Source of the DNA: the human T2T-CHM13v2.0 reference genome, Homo sapiens
Direction: 5' to 3' (one strand)
NCBI RefSeq assembly: GCF_009914755.1
Contig: NC_060926.1
Length of the DNA: 64,000 nt
Position numbers and translations under genes: made by a program. The notes below the pieces were generated by a model that was not told the origin of the DNA, did not search any database, and saw only the letters and a list, made by a program, of their open reading frames with translations. How positions within the stretch are numbered: the first letter of the stretch is position 1; each line of letters starts with the position of its first letter. This document shows positions 54,326-64,000 of this stretch, one piece after another.

Positions 54326-56869
54326 GGTGATCTGATACTCAGGTGAGGTCCTTCCTGGCTCTCAGGCTGCTCTGCTGTTTTCACAAGGGCAGAAGCTGAT
54401 CCCAAAGTCCCTGCCCCTGACTCCACAGAGATGACCGTGGCTGGAAAGGCTGTGAAAGGTCCAGGAGTTACAGACGTCCACCTGATTTCAAAGTACATCA
54501 TTAAAGTAAACTGTCCTCCCAAATGGAACACAGGAACATGCTGGCTCCTGCCAAGAGCTCGCCCCATTTGATCAGAGCTGCAGTCTCTCCCGTGATATCC
54601 TGGCGTCCTCCGTGGAAGTGCAGATTCTGGGCAGGACTAAATCTGTTCCTTCTTTCTTCTCTCCTTTCCTCTACTGAATGCATGCAGCCATTACAACAGT
54701 TTCTATCTCAATATACACATATTTTTAGGGCAGAAAGATAGTAGTGGGATCCCATATTGGCAGGAACTATCAGGGAAGCAACAGGATGTAAATTCCATCA
54801 TCCTCACCTGGTGTCCTTTGCTTTTCCAACCCGTTTGTCACTTAAACTGCTCCACACCTTCCCCAGTGTCCCAAAGCCACACATGATAGGCTGCAAATCA
54901 GCACACAGCCCCGGGAAAATCTTTGGCCCATGAGCGTGAAATTTTTTAAAATATACATCCCCACTATCTTGAAGTGCAGGCTCCTTCTAACAGACAGAAA
55001 AGCAGCCTGGGTTTCTTTTTTTTAATCCACGGGCACATGGCAGATTCCCGTTCTGCCCACATCTGAGAACAAGAGCTTTGGGCAACCGGTCTCCACCATG
55101 TGCTGCTGGCAGGGGCTGGGCAGGAGGCGGAAGGCAGGAGCCAGGCCCAGCGTGGATGTCACAGTCCCCAGAGCTTAACGCTTATGGAGAGGCAGATTCT
55201 GCTCCGTGGCAGGGGAGCTACAGACATGGCCCCTAGTCCCACACCTGTCCGGGTCACGAGCCTCCTCTGTGAGGCCTAGGCATTCCCCTTCACAGCTCTC
55301 CATTCCAAAGGGCATCAACAACCCTGGCCTGTGGAAATCAATCCTGTTCTTAGAATCTCCATCATTTATGGAATCCACTGTTGCTTGCCAGAATTACAGT
55401 GGTCATTCTTAAAATGTCAGTTTAAAGCTCTACAATTATTATCTGCTAAATTCAGACACAATTCCGATGAGGAATTAATTTCTCACTCAGAACGCCCTCA
55501 GCTGCAGCGGGGAGAGGATGCAGCAGCCGGACCAGCTCCTGCAGCTGTGCTGCGTTCATGGGAGTTGCTAATGGGAGCAGGGGCTGGGCCTGTGTCTGTC
55601 TTTCCTTATCATATTACTCTCATTTCCGTTTTAAAAGATGCCCCCACCAACGTACATTGCATATCAATGATGAGATGACTTAATTTTTTGGACATACTGA
55701 AAAGAAGACTGGATGGGGGTGCCAGGCTCACACCCTCACTCAGTGAACCCCAGGCCGTGGAAGGGCAGTTGCTTTCTTGGCCTTGGGGAGGTGGGTGGCC
55801 ATTGAGCAATGAGGCTGCCCAGAAGGGCACAGGCCCTGGAGGGGACCCGTGCTGGCACAGCAGGCTGGCCTGCCTAGGGGGGCTCTGGACACCAGCTGCC
55901 CTCCCTTCTGCCTGCTGCGCCCCCAGGCAGAACATCCAGAAGAAGCCCTCAAACCAGCTAGTGTAGATGGACATTGATAAAGGAGACTGGGCTACCAAAC
56001 AGGTAGAGACATTGTGGCCAGCACTCCTGGGGAGGGAGACAGAATGGCAGCAAGAATTGGCTTGGGGTTCTTCCTGGCAGCAGTGGCTCAAACAGGGGTG
56101 GCTAAGGGTGGCCTGGGTGTTCGGAGCCCTCAGAGACAGAGGCAAAGCCCAGTTCTCCCTTGTCACTTCCTTGGGAAGGGGAAACTGGGGTGCAAGACCT
56201 CTCAGTCCACAGAAGTCAGCATTCGGAAGATACCAGCCAGCCAGAGAAGATGCCACCGGAAGCAGAAGTCCAAACACACAAGCCAGCGGCAGGTGCCCAC
56301 ATTAGAGAACCCAGTCAGGTGGTTCATGTCCCTCAGGAGAATCTGGTCACAGCCTTCACTGCTCTTTCCTCCTCTCTGCCTCTGTTTTTCTCTCTCCCCC
56401 TTCGGTCTTCCTCCTCTTCCTCTTAAATACAAAAAAAAAAAAATGTGTGGTCTGGCAGGGGTGGGTAGGGCACATGCAGGGTCCGTCCCACCCCATTTCA
56501 CCCTTGCAGCCACATGGGCCTCTGTGGGTCCTGGAAATGGGGTGCTGTTTGTACAAGGCCCTTGGAGGCAGCCCCTCTGTGAGTCACTGTTACTGCTCCT
56601 GATAAACCAATTGACTCAAATCTGTCCTGTGGCTCTCAGTTCTATGACCCTGGCTCAGAGCCTGGCACGACCTCCATGGCCCACAGAACCCAAGTGTATC
56701 CTTCCTAGAACAGTGAGGGTAGCACCTCCATGTGACCATGTGATCACTGGCCACTCCCTACATGCACTGATCATGTCCATCACTACAAGGGCCACACCTG
56801 AGAGGATCCAGGACCACTGCTTGATGCTAAGCAGATGCTGTTGACAAATGACCCAATAAGGACACAATG

Positions 56870-57605
56870 GCAAGGGTGGAACGGGGGGAAGCTGGAAAGA
56901 TGGCCCCATAGAGCCAACGGTGAAACTGGAGGTGTCTGGGAGGATGACCCCATAGAGCCAAGGATGGAACAGGAGGCAGCTGGGAAGATGGCCCCATAGA
57001 GCCAAGGATGGAACAGGAGGCAGCTGGGAAGATGGCTCCATAGAGCAAAGGATGGAACTGGAAGCAGCTGGGAAGATGGCCCCATAGAGCCAAGGGTGGA
57101 ATGGGATACAGAGGAAGATGGCCACCATAGAGGCAGGGTTAGAACTCAAGGCAGCTGGGAAGATGGCCCCATAGAGCCAAGGACAAAACAGGAGGCAGCT
57201 GGAAATCTGGCCCCATAGAGCAAAGGATGGAACTGGAGACAGCTGGGAAGATGGCCCCATAGAGCCAAGGATAGAATGGGAGGCAGCTGGGAAGACAGCC
57301 CCATAGACCCAAGGACAAAACAGGAGGCAGCTGGGAAGATGGCTCCATAGAGCAAAGGTTGGAACTGGAAGCAGCTGGGAAGATTGGCCCCACAGAGCCA
57401 AGGATGGAACAGGAGGCAGCTGGGAAGATGGCCCCTTAGAGCAAAGGATGGAATGGGAGGCAGCTGGGAAGATGGCCCCTTAGAGCCAAGGATGGAATAG
57501 GAGGCAGCTGGGAAGATGTCCCCTTAGAGCCAAGGATGGAATGGGAGGCAGCTGGGAAGATGGCCCCCATAAAGCCAGGGATAAAACAGAAGGCAGCTGG
57601 GATCC
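56870..57605. repeat. 44-bp VNTR (cagctgggaagatggccccatagagccaaggatggaacaggagg), ~17 copies
   Basis: cagctggg starts at 56977, 57021 and onward. Confidence 0.95.
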
Positions 57606-57879
57606 AATGGGCCACACAAATAAAAAAGCAGGGCTGCAGGTGAGGCCCAGTTGCCAGCAGCTGCTCAGTGCTACCCTTCACTGCCCCGATGCACACCCAC
57701 AAACACGCGGACACACAAGACACACATACAGACACTCACAGAGCAGAGGCTGGATGTACGCTGTTGTCTGCCTTCCTCACCTTCCTGAGTGGGCAGAGCA
57801 GCAGCTTCAGGGACTGAAAAACCCACTCTGAGGGCAGAAAGAAAAGGAAAGCAAGGTTCATCTCCTCCTCAGAGGACCT

Positions 57880-59010
57880 CCAGGTTCAAAACCCAGACTC
57901 ACACTCTCCCTCAGTAAAACCCCAGGTTCACACCCTCCTTCAGTATAACCCAAGACTCACACCCTCCCTCAGTATAATCCCAGGTTCATGCCCTCCCTCA
58001 GTGAACCCCCAGCTTCACACACTCTCAGTAAAACCCAAGATTCACACCCTCCCTCAGTGAACCCCAGACTCACACCCTCCCTCAGTGAACCCCAGGCTCA
58101 CACCCCCACTCAGTGAACCCCAGGATCATACCCTCCCTCCGTGGACCCCAGGCTCACACCCTCCCTTAGTGAACCCCAGGCTCACACCCTCCCTCAGTGA
58201 ACCCCAGACTCACACCCTCCCTCAGTGAACCCCAGGATCACACCCTCACTCAGTATAACCCCAGACTCACACCCTCACTCAGTGGACCCCAGGGTCACAT
58301 CCTTCATCAGTGAATCCCAGACTCACACCCTCCCTCAGTGAACCCCAGGCTCACACCCTCCCTCAGTGAACCCGACTCACACCCTCCCTCAGTGAACCCC
58401 AGACTCATGCCCTCCCTCAGTGAACCCCAGACTCACACCCTCCATCAGTGAATCCCAGACTCACACACTCACTCAGTGAACCACAGGATCACACCCTCCC
58501 TCAGTGAACCCCAGACTCACGCCCTCCCTCAGTGAAACCCAGACTCACACCCTTCCTTAGTATAACCCCAGGTTCACACCCTCCTTCAGTGAACCCCCAG
58601 GATCACACCCTCACTAAGACCCCAGACTCACACCCTCACTCAGTGAACCCCAGACTCACACCCTCACTCAGTATAACCCCAGGTTCACGCCCTCCCTCAG
58701 TGAAGCCCAGGCTCAGGCCCTCCCTCAGGGAACCCCAGGCTCACGCCCTCCCTTAGCGAAGCCCAGGCTCACGCCCTCTCTTAGTTAACCCCAGACTCAC
58801 ATCCTTCCTCAGTATAACCCCAGGCTCACGCCCTCCCTCAGTGAAGCCCAGGCTCAGGCCCTCCCTCAGGGAACCCCAGGCTCATACCCTCCCTCAGGGA
58901 ACCCCAGGCTCATGCCCTCCCTCAGCGAAGCCCAGGCTCACGCCCTCTCTTAGTTAAACCCAGACTTACATCCTTCCTCAGTAAAACCCCAGGCTCACGC
59001 CCTCCCTCCA
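57880..59010. repeat. 28-bp C-rich VNTR (cagtgaaccccagactcacaccctccct), ~40 copies
   Basis: Direct reading. Confidence 0.96.
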
Positions 59011-60175
59011 TGGACCGCTGTTCTCTGCGTGCTGGAGGAGCTGTGCTGCTGACTCACTGAATGGCTAGACCGGCTCTCCAGGAGGGACTCTGTCATCTCC
59101 ACTTTAATGCTGTGGGAACAGGGGCTCTGTGAGACAAGGCTCTAGGTTTACGCAGCTCTCAGGCAGGAGACCTGGGGCCAAAGTCTCACTCTTCAAAACC
59201 TCCAGCACAACCACCAGGTGGGCAGCACACAGAGTCAGATGGGGAAGGCTGGTGCGCCCACCACGCAGTTTGTTGTAAGAAGGCATGCAGAGCCCTGGTG
59301 TGTGTTCACCCGGGGAGAGAATGAGTTCTATTGGCTCAAGGAGAAGGGGCCTTGTGGCAGTTTGGGGAATGGACTTGAAGCAGGTTAGAGGGAAGGGGAG
59401 CTGCATGATGGGCCTTATGGCAGGGCTGAGTGGCCAGTGGGGGCTTCGGAGCAGCAAGACCAGAGCTGAGCAAATCCTGAACTACAGCCGGGGTACAGTG
59501 GGAGGGGCACTAGGATGCACTGCTGGATAGGACCCCGGGCAGGTGATGGGCAGTCATCAAGAAGGACTTCTGGGTACCTGGTTTAGACAATGGGTGGGCA
59601 GTGGAGACTTCTCAAGACAGGGGATGAAGCAGTCATCAGGTTTGGGGTAAAAGTCAGGACAAACTGGCTTCACGTTGGTTGGTTTTGAAGAACCTGTGAG
59701 TCTTCCAAGTAGATAGAGCCAAACACAGGCCTGGAACTCTGCAGAGAAGGCAGGAGCTAGAAATAGGCGTGGAGCCCTTGTGAGGGTGCAGCACCACCAG
59801 GGACTGTGCGCAGGTGCAAAGAGGCCAAGAATGGAACTCCAGGGAGCTGAGAGAGAGAGAGAGGGAAAGAAAGAAAGAGAGAGAGAGAGAAGAGGTCGGG
59901 GAAGACAGGGCCGAACTGGATGACAGTGATCATGGGGAGGCCACAAGGACCAACTGCCCCACAAGGCGTGTGGACAGTGATACCTAATACTACAGAAACC
60001 GTCCTAGGATGCAACACCCAGTGGTGTGGGGACTGGGTGACTTTTGCACTCCTTTCCGGCCTGGGCACTCTTTCATCCTCTGAGTGCGAAAAACACACCT
60101 TTTCTATTCATCTTCTCCCGCATCCCCACAGTCTGGAGATCTGACCCACAGAAGGTCAGGCTAGAGAATCATGAG

Positions 60176-60238
60176 GGTGGGTGGATGGATGGATGGATGG
60201 ATGGATGGATGGATGGATGGATAGATGGAAGGATGGAT
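60176..60238. repeat. (GGAT)n tetranucleotide microsatellite
   Basis: Direct reading. Confidence 0.96.
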
Positions 60239-62439
60239 ACACTCACTGCCTCTTGCCAGCAGCTGAGGACTCCAGAGCAAGGGTCGCCTCTCCTGCCAGG
60301 CACTGGCCAGGCTACTGCTACAGCTGTGCACACTCCAATGTGACAGGCATAGCTCCCCTGGGCCATGGCGAGCAGCAGAGCTTCAAACCGACTATACATG
60401 CCAAGGCCGAGGCAGAGACACCTGTGCAGACTCCAGACAGCCCGAGAGTACCTGATGCCACCTTGAGCTCTTTCTCTACCACACCAGAATGTGTACACGC
60501 AGGCACATGTGCACACACATGCACACACAAATGCACATCCATGCACCCAGACATGCATGCTCACATAAACACATGCCAAGGCTTAGTGTCTCCCTCAGGG
60601 ACAGGGCATACCTGTCCTCCACACCTCCTTTGCAGCCAGGGGGAAGCTTCTGACCTGCCCGCCCCCCTGTTAAGCACGCTCTGCACACGGGGACTTCCCA
60701 GTCCTCTCCCAGCTGTGGGCTGCTCTCTTGTCATCTGGCCACAGAGGCTGACAAGCATAAGCAGGTCTCCAACTTGGCCCCAGCTCCTCTTGGAGGCTGG
60801 ACTGGCAGATAAATTGGTCCTGGAGGGAGGTGAGGAGGGGGAACAGAAAGAGGGGGGCCTAGAGGGAAGATTTCAAATGCATTTCTCTGCTAAACCAAAC
60901 TCCAGCTTTCCAAGTCTCATAGCTGTGTTGCAAAGGCTGACAGAGCGCCAGCCCAGGCTCAGGCAGATGGTGCCAGGAGGGGCACAGGCCAAGCAGAGTG
61001 GGCAGGGATCCATCAGAATTCGGTGAAGCAGAGGCTCCAGGAGGAATGGTCTGGCCTGCCGACCTCAGAGCATCTCTAGAGGCCATTCCGGCTCATTCCG
61101 GCTTATTCCGGTTCTGTGAAAGCCAGAAGCCAGTCAGATCCAGCCTGAGAAGCACCAGCATTTGTCCTAAGAGCGAGTTGAGAGAGGACTTGGTGTACAG
61201 CCACACTCAGCAGGTGCCCCGGACCTTTAGCCCTTCGCAGACCGATGGCTGATACCAGTATGGCCATTTTTAAGTCCAGAGGAGGAGGCTGCACAGCACA
61301 AGAGAATCCAACTTCAAAACATACTTTCTTGTTGTTGTTGTTGACCAATTCTTCTCAGAGGCTCCCACCAGAGGCCTGCAAAATGGAGGCCAGCAGGGCC
61401 CCCCACGTTCCAGTCCACATTCAGTAAAAAGCATGTGGAAGGGGGTGCCATCATTCTCTGCTCATTCTGCTGTTATTTCCCTAAAGTCTTACCATAAAAG
61501 GCACAGTGCTCACAGGAATTGCTGCTTCCAGGTATTGGAATGTGGAGGGCATCACCCGACCACGGCTGGCTGTGGGTCCTGGGTATGGAGTCAGTGAACC
61601 AGGCAGACAGCACTCAGCCTGCAGAGCGGGCATCCTGGATTCCCGGCTCCCTGAGAGACAGTGGCTGCTCCAGAACTGCCATGGAGCCACCGGGTGTGGG
61701 AAGCTGGGATGGAGCACACTGCTTAGAAATAGACCTGGGGGTCTCCCACAGACAGTGTCATCCGGGGCCTGCCTACACAGTCTGTGTTGAGTCGGCAGGT
61801 GCAGCCGCGCCTACCTGAAATCTGAGTCAGACTCACCAGATGCCCACAGAGAAGGCATATGGAAGAGGGAAGTCCCCCGCAGAAGTCAGGAAAAGTCTGT
61901 ATCATATACGTAACTGTATACGGAATGCTATCTGTCTCAGCCTTAAAACCAGTATTGCCGATTCTGAAATCCCAATTGCGTCTGTTCTTAGCATGACACG
62001 CTGTGAAATGTAAAAGCCTGAAGCCCTTCAGTGGCTTTCTGGATGTCAGACAATTCTTGCAAATAGCAATTTAGTGAACACAACCTAACCGAATAAAATC
62101 ATGCCAACTGGATTCCCTTTGATCCGGACATACCACTCCAATGTATGGAGGTCAGTACTTAACATAAGGTATGACAAGTCTGCTTCAGCAAAACCATTTG
62201 AAAATTGGTATTATGACATGCCAAGGCCACAGTACTGCAGCTGACAGCCCACACCTCTCCAGCAGCCCAACTGCACTGAGGGCTTACAGGGCACTGACAA
62301 TTGTAAATCAAATTCATTCCTGAGAAAATGAATAAAGTGAATTTTTAAGAAATGCTTTAACTGGAATGTACTTGGAGGCACGGGTATGTTGTGGAGGAGA
62401 TGGACGCCGACCCAAGACCAACTTGCCTACAAAAGTGGT

Positions 62440-64000
62440 TGCTACAGTCTACAAGCTTGTGCCTGCCTCCTAAATTTCTATGTTAAAATCCTAACCCCAA
62501 GGTGATGGTATCTGGAAGATTTGGGAAGTTGATTAGGTCATGGAAGCAGAGCCCTCATGAGTAAGGTTAATGACCTCAAAAAAAGAAGTCCAAGAAACCT
62601 CCCTTCCCCTTGGCTGGGGAACCAAATCACCATGAAGTGGGTTTTAAAGGTGATTCCAGTAAAGGCTCAGAAATGACAGAGGAGAGCTGCAGGGAGAGCC
62701 TCCGCCTTATGGAATATCTAAGTGGTCATGAACAGAATGTTGGTAGAAATATGGATGATAAAGGCCTTTCTGGTGAGCTCTCAAATGGAAATGAGGAACG
62801 TTTGAGAATGAAATACAAATGAGGATGACACAGGAAAGGCCATCCTTGTTATAAAATGGTGAATAACTTGGCTGGATTGTGTTTGTGTCAGGTGTTTTAT
62901 GGAAGATGAAACCCCCAAACAATGGAAGTGGATATTTGGCTGAGCAGAGGGCTGCAGGAGCACCCGGTTCCTCTTGACTCCTCATAGTGAGATGGGAGAA
63001 GAGTGAAGCAATTTAAAGATAGAGATGGTAATCCAAAAGGAAGCAGAGCTTAAAAATTAGGAAAATTCTCAGCCTATCCATATTGGGAAACACAAGAAAG
63101 CCTGCTTGGGAAAGAACAAGGGTGTGGCCAAGAGACCTTTGATATGGAAATTAGCATGAATCTGCCATCTCAGCAGAAGACAGGTGCCATTCATGAAGAC
63201 AATGGGGAGATTAGCCAGAACCTAGTGTCCATGACCATGGAAGAATGACCTCAAAGGAGTTTCAGAGCCTGAAGAGTGGCATGGCATCAAAGGAGAGGCC
63301 ACAGCCACCTAGCCCTGTCACACATCTGAGCTCTACTCCCCGCACTCAGACACCAAGCTGCTCGGCGGTCCCAGGTGTGGCTCTGGTGGGCTGGAGGGGA
63401 AGGTAGTTTGTGCAGAAAGGCTATGAGAGCATGACTACCTCCACCTAGATTGTTCTAGAGGGTTCTAGAGAGTAACATGACCCAGGCAGAGGGGTGTCTG
63501 GGACAGGGCAGCTGCAGGGAGCCCCCACTAGGGCAACGCCCAGTGAGGCCATGGGCGTAAGGCTGCTCAAAGCCATGGGAGTGGGGCTGCCCGGAGCCTT
63601 CAGCACCCAACTCCTGTGTGACAAAACTGTGGATTGGGCCCTGCACCCCAGGGTGCCTGGAAGGTGGGATCCAAGCCCCATTGAGCCCGGAGGGCAGAGC
63701 ATTGAGCCGATGTTGATTCCTGATCTTTAAGGCCTTTCTTCTTCCCTATTTTTGCCCTGTGGAATACAAATGTCTGTACTACACGTGCCCCACAACTGTA
63801 TTTTGAAAGCACATAAAACGTTTCATTTCACCAGCTCATAGATGATGAATTTGCCTCAAGACGCAAACCACCTTTGAGTCTCACCAGTATCTGATTCAGG
63901 TGAGACTTTAGACTTTTGCATTGCTGCTGAAATTAATTAAAACTTTTAAGGATGTTGAGATGGAACGAATGTATTTTGTATGTGAAGACATGAATTAGGA
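62440..64000 (+). mobile_element. MaLR (MLT1A-type) partial 5' LTR plus internal region, running off the window end
   Basis: atgttaaaatcctaacccc..aaggtgatggtat...gcagagccctcatga. Internal gtggtcatgaacagaatgttggtagaaatatgga, tcaaatggaaatgaggaac, gaaaattctcagcct. Confidence 0.82.

Noticed and set aside
55609-56844. 222- and 276-aa ORFs in GC-rich unique DNA (likewise 60181-61026)
   Set aside because: Non-ATG starts, no domain resemblance, and composition typical of GC-rich non-coding sequence.
56655-57401. 248-aa minus-strand hydrophobic repeat ORF
   Set aside because: Translation of the 44-bp VNTR cycling through frames.
43750-64000. Inverted similarity between 44.4 kb and 63.0 kb
   Set aside because: Explained by two independent, diverged MaLR internal sequences in opposite orientation.

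Overview
Primate (most likely human) non-coding genomic DNA. Evidence: AluS/AluY/AluJ, L1PA2-L1PA4, THE1, MST/MLT LTRs, Tigger1, MER82, MER58A, MIR and L2 remnants. I recognise no cellular protein-coding exon, RNA gene or CRISPR array. All long ORFs come from tandem repeats or decayed L1/Tigger coding sequence. The window is fairly GC-rich and holds about nine unrelated minisatellites or short tandem duplications, typical of distal/subtelomeric bands (inference; I cannot name the locus). I cannot support a new multi-gene biological system. The most interesting structures are: (1) a 176-bp, ~96% identical inverted duplication of apparently unique sequence around a 606-bp spacer (candidate flip-flop inversion or hairpin RNA); (2) an L1PA2 insertion with a full twin-priming signature plus a 21-nt 3' transduction tag; (3) an orphan unit of the 28-bp VNTR ~2.1 kb outside its array, and a core shared by two large C-rich VNTRs 56 kb apart; (4) a minisatellite that starts inside the end of a MER82 transposon; (5) a 59-bp VNTR that is stop-free in all three + frames and has two interspersed unit types; (6) several AT-rich, TAAT/SOX-motif pockets that look like conserved enhancers. 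Repeat subfamily names come from recalled consensus sequences and need RepeatMasker/Dfam confirmation.
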